Origin: Octopus vulgaris
Lineage: Eukaryota
NCBI GenBank assembly: GCA_951406725.2
Contig: OX597829.1
Coordinates: forward strand, 55,800,001-55,864,000
Length of the DNA stretch: 64,000 nucleotides
Direction of reading: 5' to 3'
Shown: in pieces, positions 27,371 through 39,715 of the stretch
How the letters are laid out: every line of letters begins with the position of its first letter
Position numbering within the stretch: position 1 is the stretch's first letter
Notes under the pieces: generated by a model
Told to the model about the DNA's origin: nothing
Databases searched by the model: none
Seen by the model: only the letters and a program-made list of their open reading frames with translations
Position numbers and translations under genes: made by a program

Positions 27371-28312
27371 TTCGAACACGAAAGCAACAAAAAGCTGCAT
27401 TCTATTGTCAAGGAAGCTTATAAGTTCGAAAGGGAACTAGACATTAACCTTGAATCAGATGAAGAGCCGGAAACCACTGCTACCAAGCAAGCAAAGCGAA
27501 TCAAGCAGACTGCAAAAAAGAACGGGCAGAATCAAATTGAGAGGCGGTGGAGCCAGAAGCCCCTGCATGGACAATATATTCTCCGAAGCCAAAATGCTGA
27601 TGTAGACCAAGCAACAACCCATCAGTGGCTGAAGAGCTCTGGATTGAAAGCAGAGACTGAAGGTTTCATAATGGCAGCACAAGATCAAAGCTTGTTTACC
27701 AGAAATTACCAGGCTAACGTTCTCCGAAACGGTACTGACCCTAAATGCAGATTCTGCGACACATTTGACGAAACGATAGACCATCTCGTTTCGGGATGTC
27801 CTGTGCTGACACCAAACGAATACAAAAATCGCCACGATAGGGTAGGACAGTATATACATTGGAAGATATGTAAACACTACAAATCTGACACTCCTGCTAA
27901 CTGGTATGAACACCATCCTCAGCCAGTTGTTGAAGGTAAAGATGTCACCATCCTCTGGGATTTTCCAGTCAACACTGACAGAACGATCAAGGCTAATCGA
28001 CCAGACATAATTGTTAAAGACAGGGAAGAAAATACCTGCAGACTAATAGAAGTAAGCGTCCCCACTGATAAAAATGTATCTGTCAAGGAATTTGACAAAC
28101 TTAGTAAATATAAGGACCTGGAAATCGAAATACAGAGGATGTGGAATCTTAAAACAAAAACTGTTCCTGTTATTGTAGGTGCCCTAGGTATGATAAAAAA
28201 GGGATGTCAGAAACACCTAGACAATATCCCTGGAAAACCATGTCTCAAGGAAATCCAAAAGATTGTGCTAACAAGTACTGCCCACATCCTTAGAAAAACC
28301 CTATCAATGTAA
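27371..28312 (+). CDS. C-terminal 313 aa of the retrotransposon ORF (CCHC zinc knuckle + restriction-like endonuclease); 5'-truncated, no own start
   Basis: Stop-free FEHESNKKLHSI...WSQKPLHGQY...WLKSSGLKAETEGFIMAAQDQ...CRFC..ETIDHLVSGC..RHD..ILWDF..TDRTIKANRPDII...IEVSVP...KLSKY...PVIVGALG...STAHILRKTLSM*. Confidence 0.85.
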   Translation, partial: FEHESNKKLHSIVKEAYKFERELDINLESDEEPETTATKQAKRIKQTAKKNGQNQIERRWSQKPLHGQYILRSQNADVDQATTHQWLKSSGLKAETEGFIMAAQDQSLFTRNYQANVLRNGTDPKCRFCDTFDETIDHLVSGCPVLTPNEYKNRHDRVGQYIHWKICKHYKSDTPANWYEHHPQPVVEGKDVTILWDFPVNTDRTIKANRPDIIVKDREENTCRLIEVSVPTDKNVSVKEFDKLSKYKDLEIEIQRMWNLKTKTVPVIVGALGMIKKGCQKHLDNIPGKPCLKEIQKIVLTSTAHILRKTLSM

Positions 28313-28465
28313 ATGTCTGTGTTTGCATTACATGGAGATATATCTCTACTTCTCCTCCCCAAGCTTTCAGCTATATTTCAACAACTCTTAACCTTCACTT
28401 GCCCTAGGGCGCTGGGTGTGCCCGGCAGGTGATTGCATCAAACATGCAGATTAAAAGTAAATGAC
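27371..28465 (+). mobile_element. 5'-truncated R4/Dong-like non-LTR retrotransposon with 3' UTR
   Basis: Open frame 27371-28312 plus ~150 bp UTR; both flanks are (TAA)n. Confidence 0.95.
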
Positions 28466-28469
28466 AATG

Positions 28470-28545
<76 letters not shown>

Positions 28546-28554
28546 TAATAATAT

Positions 28555-28730
28555 ACAAACACATATAACATACAGAAAATTGCTCTACTAGGCACTGCAC
28601 ACATCCTACGCAGAACACTTTCCATACAATAACCATCAGAGCATCACAACAAATCACAGCACATACCCAAGGCACACAGAGCTGTGCTCGGTAGTGAAGT
28701 GAAAGCACGCTATAAAAATAAAACTACTGC
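28555..28730 (+). mobile_element. Extreme 3' end of another R4/Dong-like subfamily
   Basis: TNTYNIQKIALLGTAHILRRTLSIQ* plus a distinct ~100 bp UTR; (TAA)n on both sides. Confidence 0.88.
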
Positions 28731-28776
<46 letters not shown>

Positions 28777-28789
28777 TAATAATAATAAT

Positions 28790-29760
28790 TTCCTTATTAA
28801 CCACAAATACAGGACAAATAGAATGAAAATCAATCGATTATAACAACAAAATTCCCCAAAAGAAAGAGATCTTCTGGGACTGCACGTGAAATACATTAAA
28901 TCAACGACAGTTCTGATCACCAGAGCAAGCACCCTTTATACTTTGTCTACAGGCGCATGCTTACGGTAGGTCCCTTCACTCGGTCCATACTTGCGACATT
29001 CACTCACCTTTTAACAAAATTGCTGGGGAACAAAAGTTCCCTCTCCAGCCTCACTTTCCTTTTCAAGTGAAATTTGAAAAACGTCGATGCAGGTTTGGCT
29101 AAAGAGAAAAGTGTCTGTCTTCAGCTCATTCCATCTGGTCCACCACACAACCTCTTTCGCTAAGGCTATCAGGCAAAGAAAAACAACCTGTCCTTCCCAG
29201 CCAAAGGAAGGCGGCGGGACTATCTTTACAATGGACTCAGCCGATAGCCAGATCCATCCCACACGCGACAGCAGTTATTTGACATATACCTGCAAGTCAC
29301 AAATACTCAGGTACTAGACGAGAGCGTGCAGAACGGTTTCGTCACTTTGCATGCATCTCGAGGAAGCCTGGCTTGCTACACTCTCGTGCTTGTAGAGATT
29401 ATCCCAAACGAGCAGTGACCCGCAGTAGCACTGTCAGGCCAAGGATTTCTGGGAATTATCCATAGGCCCCGACCGGAAAGATCTCCGGAACAAACCAGCC
29501 AATTTATTGTCGTCGATACCCAGAGTCCCACCGAGAAGTTTCTTCGCATTTACCTGCCACTAACTCACTATAGAAAGCCATAGGGAAACTCCCACCGACA
29601 AATTCCCTGACCGGCAGAGGAGTGTGAGCACCTAACGACACTCTCGGTGCCAGGCGCCCTGTCTTGGTCTACGCTTGATCCAGGACTGCAGCTCAGTCAA
29701 AGAGACGGGATGGGGGAAATAACGTTGGACAAACGGTGACCACACCTACTCACCGTCTAA
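28790..29760 (-). mobile_element. 5'-truncated Tx1/L1-like LINE (zinc-binding ORF2 C-terminus + 3' UTR), decayed
   Basis: KSLA*QCYCGSLLVWDNLYKH..SRCMQSDETVLHALV..AKEVVWWTR..FKFHLKRKVRLERE; 3' end aataaggaa followed by (ATT)n. Confidence 0.75.
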
Positions 29761-29769
29761 GAAACATAA

Positions 29770-29991
29770 TAATTTGAAATAGGAAGAATTTGGAGGATGT
29801 GTTGTGAACAAAGCAAAGATATAGACAAATGAAGGGGATTGGAATAGAATGTCCGGTAGAGCTCCAACAGAAAGTTCGTCTCTTAGCGACAGCAAGGATT
29901 ACCAGGAGGGTTCTAGGCAGTTGAAAGACTGTTGAAACCCGCTACCCTCATAAATCCTACAAGGAATAAGACCGAATCTGAGCCAAACCAA
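29770..29991 (+). mobile_element. Decayed 3' end of an R4/Dong-like element
   Basis: GIGIECPVELQQK..LLATARITRRVLGS* (cf. LQK..LLGTARILRRVL), then UTR into (TAA)n. Confidence 0.65.
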
Positions 29992-30130
<139 letters not shown>

Positions 30131-30435
30131 AAGTATCTCAACAGGCATAATAGAGCTGCACAATATATTCACTGGGTAATTTGCAAAAACCTGGACTTGA
30201 CCCATGATAAAAACTGGTGGGAACACAAACCACCTCCATTGCTTGAAAATGATCACATCTCACTCCTCTGGAACTTCACCATTCAAACTGACAGAAAGAT
30301 AGATGCAAATAGAAAGTTTTTAGTTGATATTAATACTTGGGACAGCACGTTTTGAAGAAAGTGTTGCTTCTCTAAGCTACGCTATGGAGCTGAGACGTGA
30401 TATAGATAACTCGGGAGAAGAAAGGAGAATAGAAA
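30131..30435 (+). mobile_element. R4/Dong-like fragment with internal deletion or chimeric junction
   Basis: KYLNRHNRAAQYIHWVICKNLD..WWEHKPPPLLEN..LLWNFTIQTDRKIDANR joined at ~30313 directly to a decayed ILGTAR..KKVL terminus. Confidence 0.82.
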
Positions 30436-30454
30436 TAATAATGATGATGATGAT

Positions 30455-31040
30455 AGTGTTTTCTTTATTAACTAAAAATTTAGGAAACCTCGAGGAGAGT
30501 AGAATGGCGATACTATACGATGTGGAGTTATATAAGACCATGTAAACAAAACTTCAAACATGACATAATTCCCTGAAAGGGGGGAAGACAATAGAAGGCT
30601 GCTCGTGGTAACAGCACAGTCACCCTGACTGCAAGGAGAAGCTCCCTCTCCCTATTCGTCTTTCCTAATCTACAGGCACGTGCGCAAGCCTGTCTAATAG
30701 GGCCATCGCTGCTATTATCATCCACCTTTCAACAACTTTGCCTGAAGGCAGCATTTATCGCTTCACCTTCACTTTTCTTTTCAAGCAAGATTTGAAAAAG
30801 TTGATGAGAGCATCGCTGAAGAGGAAATTATGTATTTTCATCCCTTTTAGTCTGGTCCACCACATTACCTCTTTTACTAAAACCCTCAGACAGGTAAACA
30901 CTGCCTCTCCCTCTTAAGCAAATGAAGGAGTGGAAAATATTCATAATGGACTTTCTTGATAGCTCAGTCCGTCTTATGCGCGACAACAAGTGTTCGACAT
31001 AAACAGACAAATGAGCAATACTAGAGGACCACAGAGTGGC
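30455..31040 (-). mobile_element. Second Tx1/L1-like 3' fragment
   Basis: VYVEHLLSRI...VKEVMWWTRLKG...LINFFKSCLKRKVKV..ERW, homologous to 28790-29760; ends aataaagaaa plus (ATC/ATT)n. Confidence 0.72.
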
Positions 31041-31504
31041 TTCCAGCTAAATATACAATATCCATAAAAAACTCATTTATGATGTTTGATTAAATGTAAT
31101 ATAGAGAATAGACTGAATTATAAACGGTGCAAAATTATTTTTTTATATTCTGACTTTATTTTCTAATTTATGAATATTGTGCTGATATCTAATGTCTGTT
31201 CATGCAAAACATGGAATTACACAGAATATGGGACTTGACTATACAAATGTAAATATAAATTTTCATAGGAATTTGAACTTTGAAATCTTTTTTATTTTTC
31301 AATGATGACCGCACCCTCCCTCTTTTCTTATTTATTCCTACTTCCTAAAATTGACATCTTTGAAAGGTCACCAACCCTTGTCAGAAAACGTGTTTATTTA
31401 CAAATACGTTGATAGGTATACGATAAGAAGAAAAAAGAAAGGAGAAACAAAAAAAGAAAAATGCTTTGTAATGAAATTTCAATTAATCAAATTGAAAAGA
31501 AATC

Positions 31505-31579
<75 letters not shown>

Positions 31580-31713
31580 TACATACATACACACATACAT
31601 ACATACACACATACATACATACATATATATATATTGTTGAATTACTACATGGTGGTTCTTCTCTAATTTATATACATATATTATATATTGTGAAATTTGA
31701 TTTAGTATTACTA

Positions 31714-31824
31714 AATTGAATTTTTCCCTGTAAGTTTGGAATAATATTCCCTATTATTATATATATATATATATATAATAATAATAGGGAATATTATTCC
31801 AAACTTACAGGGAAAAATTCAATT
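31714..31824. repeat. Palindrome, ~46 bp arms around (TA)n; PLE tail sequence
   Basis: Arms are reverse complements; the motif tccaaacttacagggaaaa also ends the PLE at 19880-19950. Confidence 0.9.
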
Positions 31825-32704
31825 ATATATATATGTGTGTGTGTGTGGCCTTGTACTTAGCTCTGACACCTTTGTAGACTCTAATTTTGTCCCTTTGGCT
31901 GTAGCCAGAGAACTGGACGTGGTGGATAAAGTTTTGTGTCTTTCCATTTCAATTGAGTCGCACATGCGGGACACAATTCTAATCACTCTCATCAAGTCTG
32001 CCATTAGCGGTTCTAATTGTAAGCTAGTCAATTGGGGCTCAACCATATGTTTTGTTTACGTAAGTGATATTTTCATTTCATTCTAAAACCCTATTGAAGA
32101 ATATTGTTGCTTCAGTTCTGAGGGCTGGACGTAACTGTAAAATGCATATGTAGGATGTTTATTCTTGTATTTCCTGCTTTCTAGTGATGCCCAGTTTTGC
32201 ACGCACCATTTTTCATATTTTTATGCATCAATAGTAATAACCTTGGGCTGAATGATAAACTGCTTTAAGTGTGGTTCTGTATTGCATATGAACCAGTATG
32301 TGTACATGTGCTGTCAAATCCCGACCAAAGTGAACATTTATAATATATTAAACTTATGAGGAATAGATCAATGATGTTTACAAGTATTACTTTCCTACTT
32401 ATTCTTCAATACTTTCGTTATATTGTACGAATGTGTTTTAATCGGTATTATTGGATATTTTTTAAAACCAGCCAAGCAAAATTCGCCGATTTTATTATCA
32501 TTAGTACTTTCCGTTTGCATTATTTTTCGGAATACTTTCACTGCTCTGTCAACAGCAGTTCTATATGTCTTGGATAGGTTTTTGTTTTGTATTATTTATT
32601 GTTTTGAAAGTCCTCTATATAATAAGCGTGCAGTTCTGATATTTGACATCGTTAAGAACCCTTCTCTAATATGTCTGTTTAACCATATTTCTCGTGGTGC
32701 TTAA

Positions 32705-32850
32705 TAATGGTCTCAGAATTTGGAACAAGGCCAGAAATTTCGGGGGAGGGAAGAAAGTCGATTACGCCACCCCCAGTGCTCAACTGGTTTTTATCTTATG
32801 AATCCCGACAAGACGAAAGGCAAAGTGAAATTCAACAGAATTTGAACTCA
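32705..32850 (-). mobile_element. SINE family A, 3' part
   Basis: aaggccagaaatttcggggg..gtcgattac..cccagtgc.caactgg..ggcaaagt..aatttgaactcag. Confidence 0.8.
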
Positions 32851-34106
32851 GTTGGTGTTTGATACTGCGAGCTTAAATTCCAAGTTCATTATTCTTGGAG
32901 ATGCAAGACTATGTGGTTAAATGCTTCTTCCCCATGTCTATATATTCTGCAATTATCGAAGCCACTCTATATTTTATATCATACTTTTGGTAATTTCTAG
33001 TGGGACAGTCTCGATGCTGTGTCGTAATCAAGAATAATTCAGTTTCAGCTTTATGTTCAGCTCTTTGTGTTTCTTTCTAATGGCGGTATTCTATAGCCTC
33101 ATTTCCTATTTAATTTTTCATAATTTTTCTTAGTTTCTATAGTCTCTCACTTTTTCATATTTCTCTTTGCTATCTTCCATATTGTTAATTCAAATCCTGT
33201 TTTGGATTCTTGAATATAGAATTTGTTTGTTCCTTATTTTTTTGAAATTTGTTTTGTTTTGATTTCCTTATTCTTTACCAGATATTTTTCTAATCTTACA
33301 ATGGATGTTTTTATAGTATTTTTTCCGGTTTCATAGACTCCTTCTGCTCTGTAGTCATGGTACTTGTCATGTTTTTTTGTGGTACATTCTAAATGCAGTC
33401 ATCACTTTTCTTGTTCTTTTCTCTCTTGGTTTGCTAATTCATTTAGCACCGGTTTGAAAATATAAATATAATATATTACTGTGACAGCTAGCCTACCGTC
33501 CAATTGTTTACATTTGCTCTGGTTTAGGCATTAATCCAATAATTTTAGCTCTTCTTATACCTGTCGAGATTATTGATAACTATCTCAATATCAATGGTTG
33601 ATATAATTCTTTTATTATTGTTTGTCTATGTAGAATATTATTAGTATTCTTAATCAATTTTCTTCTTACCAAGATTGCCTTTAATAAATCCGTGCTCTCT
33701 CATCAGATGTACTACTAGTTGTTTATAATCTTCAGTGTCCAACTCGAGGTCGTCCACACATACACAAAAGTTAGATCATCGTTCTCTTGTAACATGTGTA
33801 TCTGATTCCGGTCTTGTTTAAAATGTTAGTGAAAAATACTAGAACCAGGAGATGGCAGGAGTTTCCTACGAATAGTCCTCTTCTAAAATTTTCTCTTCAG
33901 TACGTTTCTACAGAATTCTTTGACGTTGATCCATGGCGTGTCTAGGTTTCTGCTTATTATTAGTGCTAACGTACGCATAGCTATTATTTCCTGGGTACCA
34001 GAGTAATCCTTCTGGTCAGCAATCCATGTCATGTTCAGTTCTATCTTTCATGTATTTCATATTTAGTCAGATTTCTGTAGTAGTTCTCTCTCTCTCTCTC
34101 CCTCTG

Positions 34107-34144
<38 letters not shown>

Positions 34145-34270
34145 TCCCCCTCTCTCTCTCCCTCTCCCCCTCTCTCTATCTTTTTACAAGTGTGTCCTTT
34201 CGATATTGATTTTATTGTGGATTGAGAGAATTTTCTCTTTTCTATCTCTCAAGTTTAATAGACTCTATTA

Positions 34271-34675
34271 CTCTTTTATTCTTTTAATTGTTTCAGTCAT
34301 TTGACTGTGGCCATGCTGGAGCACAGCCTTTAGTCAAGCAAATCGACCCCAGGACTTACTCTTTGTAAGCCTAGTACTTATTCTACCAGTCCCTTTTGCC
34401 GCACCGTTAAGTTACGGGGACGTAAACACACCAGCATCGGTTGTCAAGCGATGTGGGGAGGGGGACAAACACAGAAACACAAACATACACACACATACAT
34501 ATAAATATATACATACATACGACGGGCTTCTTTAAGTTTCCGTCTCCCAAATCCACTCACAAGGCTTTGGTCGGCCCGAGGCTATAGTAGAAGACACTTG
34601 CCCAATGTGCCATGCAGTGGGACTGAACCCGGAACCCGGAACCAAGCTACTTACCACACAGCCACTCCTGCACCT
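34271..34675 (-). mobile_element. Full-length tRNA-derived SINE family B (CORE-like segment)
   Basis: Minus strand: ggtgcaggagTGGCTGTGTGG (A box) ... GGTTCAGTCCC (B box), then ttgggcaagtgtctt resembling the CORE start; internal (TG)n; A-rich tail. Confidence 0.9.
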
Positions 34676-34943
34676 GTTTATATTCATGTATGAATCGATC
34701 CGGTTAGGTACCTATTGTTCTTTGTAATTACTATAGCTGTTAAGTACATAATTTTGCTTAGCCTGATGATGTTTGTGTCTGTTTTCTTTAAATCTGTGCC
34801 GACTGGGTTTACGGATTTTAAAAAATTTTTGATAGTATTTTACCACTGAGTTTTGCAATTAGGATTCCCATCTTTAGAATTTCGTATTCTCAAATTATTT
34901 CTAACATTTTATTCATATTTTTAATTGTAGTGTGCTGTTGTTT

Positions 34944-34993
<50 letters not shown>

Positions 34994-35044
34994 TATATAT
35001 AACGGCGGTGCATCAGCATGGCCGCAGCTCTGAGCTGAAACTAG

Positions 35045-35096
<52 letters not shown>

Positions 35097-35749
35097 CAAT
35101 ATTCCGCATTTGTTTTAGGTTGTTTTTGTTGTGTTTTAGCGTTTACTTTATTCTACATATTCTGGGTCTATCATTGTAGTGTATATTTTCAATGTTGTTA
35201 TTTTTATTGTGTTTTTTTTTTGTTGTGTTTCCGTTATGTATTGTTTCTTTTAAATATACTCTTCCTAGTTTTGTGCTATTTTGGATTTAAGAATGTACCT
35301 CTTTAGGTTCTTGGTCTACTAGGATCCAATTTTGTTCAGATAAAGATTATTGTATTATCTAATCGGAACAAGATTATTTTCCCTTTAATTTTTTTACTAG
35401 AATATTAGCGTCGATTCAGGTTTGGGTTAGAGTTTCGTTTTCATCCTTACATTTTCTGCTTCATTTGCCGGGTTTTAATTTTTTTGCTTCACTTGTAATG
35501 TTTGAATTGTAAGGCCTGGTTCTTAATCTAGATTATAACATTTTTTTTTTGTTGATTACCGGTGGATTTGTTTCTGATGACGCCAACTTTTGCAGACTCA
35601 TTTGTTTGTACTTTTAGGCATTAAATTTGAATTGTTCATTTTTCGATAAATCATGTTCTGGGTGATAGGTTTTTAAATTGTTTTTTTAGTTATTTCTTGT
35701 TGGGTTAGGGAATCGGTTGGGTGGTGTTAAATGAAATTTAAATGATTAT

Positions 35750-36127
35750 TTACCTAAGGGTGGAGAAGGAAGGTAAGGGTGGAGAGGGAAGTGCTGCCTC
35801 CCAGTGCATTTGAGAAAAGATGGGTGACTGGCATAAATGATTCGGGTGAATGTCCCTACTCAAAGGACGTGCCTTTAGATTGGAGAACAACAGATGGAAG
35901 AGGACTCGGGCTCTGGTAGCGAGGGTTATTTTGGCTCTGTGGGGTTCCTTGATTGGCCCTGGAACATTCATGTAGTCTCATACTCTGTATAGTATGTACA
36001 CTTTTATCGCATTGTATTTTCTATTTACTTATCTTCATCTTTGTTTACGTAACTTCCCCACGCAAATTGTTGACTGTCATTTTAATGTAACCCTCATTTA
36101 TGCCCTTCGTAGCTAATAAAAGTAACC
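35750..36127 (+). mobile_element. Third Tx1/L1-like 3' end
   Basis: RRKVRVEREVLPPSAFEKRWVT matches KRKVRLERE.. of the other copies; UTR ends aataaaagtaacc plus (TCC/ATC)n. Confidence 0.7.
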
Positions 36128-36178
36128 ATCCTCCTCCTCCTCCTCCTCCTCCTCCTCCTCATCATCATCATCATTACT

Positions 36179-36770
36179 AAGGCGGCGAGCTGGTAGAATC
36201 GTTAGCACGCTGGGCAAAATGCTTAGCGTCATTTCATCCGTCTTTATGTTCCGAGTTCAAATTCTGCCGAGGTCGACTTTGCCTTTTATCCTTTCAGAGT
36301 CGATAAATTAAGTATCAGTTGCGCACTGGGGTCGATGTAATCGGCTTAACCAGTTTGTCTGTCCTTGTTTGTCTCCTCTGTTTTTACCCCCTTGTGGGTA
36401 GTAAAGAAATAGGTATTTTGCCTGTCGCTACATTCTGAGTTCAAATTCCGCCGAGGTCGACTTTGTCTATCATCATTTCGGGGTCAATGAATTAAGTACC
36501 AGTTGTAATCGACCATCCCCTCCCCCGAATTTCGGGTCTTGCGCCTATAGTAGAAAGGATTATTAAGGGGCGAGAATCGATAAAATCAAAGAATCTAATA
36601 AAATGCCTTGTTTTTGTTCTGTTTCTACGCGTTCTGAGATCAGATCATACCGCGGTCAACTTTGCCTTGCATTCCTCTGACATAAAATAAAGTACCAATC
36701 AAGTACAGGGCTTGATTTAATTGTTTAATCTCCTCCTTTCAAAATTACTGACTTTATTACAAAACCGGAA
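36179..36770 (+). mobile_element. Dimeric SINE family A followed by an older degenerate copy
   Basis: Same dimer junction (gtgggtagtaaagaaataggtattt) as at 3211; tail agaaaggattatta, then another head. Confidence 0.88.
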
Positions 36771-36779
36771 ATCATGGAG

Positions 36780-38290
36780 TTGTGCGAGTTTCTCCTGCAC
36801 CACATGGTTGGTACAAGTCTATGCTCTTGAGGTGTGTGCAACATTGTCTTTTGAACATGTAGATTTGTTTTGCATGCTACATGAGTTTTCCATTCTTGTG
36901 GGATTTGGTTTGTTTCAGGCGTTATTTTGCTGTTTCGTCTGTCGTGTGAATTATGTATCGGGTTACTTGTGGTGTTTTGTTAGATGATATTTGCGTTTTG
37001 GTAGTTACATTCCCTTAACTTATCGGTTCGGCAAAAGAGAGCGATAGAATAAGTACCAAACTTTGAAAACATAGCATGTTACATCCTCCAGGGAGGTGTT
37101 CCAACATGGCTGCAGTTCAACGACAAACAAGTAAAAGTGTACTGAACAACGTAAACGCAGAAGCAAGAAAGTATTACTAAAATAGAATATAAAAAAAAAT
37201 GAAAACTTGAATATTTTCGAAGTAGAAATTATGACAATAATCGTTTTAGAAGTGGAATAATGATTGTGTACAGTTATATACACTTTGTAAATTGTGTTAT
37301 GTTGATGAAAAGTGAGTTTTATGAGTTATTAGTATATATTGTTGCTGTTAGTTATGAATGAGCATTTGTTATGTTAGTTTTTTAGTTGCTGATTCTATAG
37401 AATATAAGTTAAGTGGTGATATTTTATTGGGTGGTAAGGTGGTGAGCTGGCAGAATCGTTAGCACGAAATGCTTGGCGGTATTTCGTCCGTTCTTACGTA
37501 TTGAGTTCAAATTCCGCCGGGGTCGATTTTGCCCTTCATCTTATAGTAGAAAGGATATTTTATGGGGTTGTTGTATTCTGCAGAGTAGCTGCCTTATTTA
37601 TTTATCTTTTTTTTTATGAAGTGTGTATACTTTTGAAGTGCGTTAGTGAATCTGTCTTCCGAAGGATGTGGGCTGAGAGAACTTTTGGATTATGTGTAAT
37701 ATTGCGAACCCAAGATAAGGTAATTTTATTGTCTTTGTTCATATTTTCTTTTATATCGCATCTCATACTCTAATTATAATTAGCACTGTTTTAATTTCAT
37801 ACTTCGTATCTTACATATTTATGTTTCAGTATCCTTGAACAGTTTCTTCGCTTTCTTTCGAGTAATGTTTTGGTCTATATTGATCACATTTTCTACCAGA
37901 GTACAGTCATACGCTTTTCAGTTCTTATATTTGGATCGTAGGCCTTGATTTTGTATGCTGGTACAGGCATGTCTCAGACAATTGCGAGAAAGTCATTCCA
38001 TGGAACTCATTTGATATGATTGTGTCATTCTTTTATCAGTTTGTCTACTGTCACATGCACATAGCTGTCGACTCAGTCCTGTTTGTGAAAATATTTGGTC
38101 TTGGCAAGGCAAGGTCTAGGCAACCGGGATCGATACGGTCAATCGTAATCTTATATTTATTGCATCTGTTATTCTTGCTTTGCCCCAACAACGCATGCAT
38201 TCGGGATATCCATTCATAGAAGCAGTACATTTTTGGTCTATGGTGTCTGAGCTGCGTTTGGATATTATATGGTTGGGCTAGGTTAAAGAG
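36780..38290 (-). pseudogene. Decayed Penelope-like remnant with nested SINEs (37020-37130 family B; 37435-37560 family A)
   Basis: KYKITIDRIDPGCLDL (cf. IKFT.E....FLD) and ETCLYQHTKSRP (cf. SCHP.HTK.SIP); the SINE motifs are obvious. Confidence 0.35.
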
Positions 38291-38300
38291 AATGAAGAAT

Positions 38301-38340
<40 letters not shown>

Positions 38341-38379
38341 TTAGTATGTATGCTATATATATATATACATACATTAGTC

Positions 38380-38482
38380 GTCGGCCAGGGGCTATAGTAG
38401 AAGTTACTTGCTCAAGATATCGCGTAGTGAGACTCACCCCTAAACCACGTGGTTACAAAGCGGACTTGTTCACCACACAGTC
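38380..38482 (-). mobile_element. SINE family B 5' fragment
   Basis: cggccaggggctatagtagaag..acttgc.caag...accacacag. Confidence 0.7.
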
Positions 38483-38954
38483 CCGTCTCGAACTAATGTA
38501 AATGTAGTAGAGTTATATTTTGCTCTCTTTTATTAAGCTCTATACTTAAGCTGGTTTCTAATGATTTTTTAATGATTTTCTTCCAGTTTTGATGTCAGTT
38601 TTGTTTTGTCATTCGATGTTACGGTTAAATTCGGGCAATTTTTTTCCTTTCAAAATTTATACTAGTATATTGACTTATTCTTTTGATGGAGGGGTAAATT
38701 ATCGTTGTAAAAATAAGAATTTTCGTATCTTTATTGCTTTTGCTTGTCTGTAGAGTTGTCAAGTTTTGATCGTGTTATTTTTTGTACTTTTTATGCATCA
38801 AATTCAAAGTGCGCAGTTTGGATGAAGTGCTAGTCAAATACTATTAATATAGCTCCGTCTCTAAATTGCTGGCCTTGAGAGTAAATCATAAATAACAAAA
38901 ACAAAGACAACAACAACAACAACAACAACTACTACTACTACTACTACAACTACG

Positions 38955-39095
38955 TATGCCAGTGGGGTCGGCTCTGCCTTTCATCCTTTTCACTCGTTAA
39001 TAAGAGTACCAGTTGAGTCCTGTAATCAATATCATCGACCAGCACCCTCCCATTAAAACTGCTACCCGTGCGCCAAAATTTGAATAATAATAATG

Positions 39096-39155
<60 letters not shown>
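38955..39155 (+). mobile_element. SINE family A 3' part with (TAA)n tail
   Basis: ggtcggctctgcctttcatcc..taagagtaccagttgag..gtgcgccaaaatttgaa, then (TAA)n. Confidence 0.7.
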
Positions 39156-39156
<1 letters not shown>

Positions 39157-39660
39157 GGTAATGAATACTCTATGTTTTGAAAGCAATCACAATAAAATTG
39201 CTTTCAATACCCAGTGCCCCGCAGATTGCTTTTCTGGTATTCATTCGAAGAAACGTAAAGTTTAGGTATTATCATTATCTCAGATGTTATAACTGTCAGT
39301 CATAACTTTCAGGAAATTACTTTTTTTCAGAGTTTTAGTACATTAGAAAAGAGAAAAGTTAAATCAGAGTTCATTCATTTCCTAGTTTAAGTCATTGGAC
39401 TGCAGCCATGATGTGCAAAACGTTTAAAGTGCAAGTCGATTATATCGATCACAGTGATTATTTCAACTTGGTGCTAAATTTATCGATCTCCATTTGCCAA
39501 ACTACTAGTTATATACAGGATATAAAGGGATACAGCCTAAATACAAGACCAATTTTTATACGTAACCACATACACAGAAAAATAAACACTCATCCATATT
39601 CATATTTGTCCATTAATTAATACCATTGTGATCTTAATTTAGTTTTCTGTTCTGCTTTAC

Positions 39661-39715
<55 letters not shown>

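Larger units (their letters stand above)
32100..35700 (-). pseudogene. Very decayed Penelope-like RT/GIY-YIG remnant, interrupted by SINEs
   Basis: Minus-strand traces in order: QEIIAMRTLALIISRNL (cf. GTAMG..AP.YANL), DDLTFVYVW (cf. RYxDDxF.xW), GIRRAK, LIYYKCSL. Weak. Confidence 0.3.
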
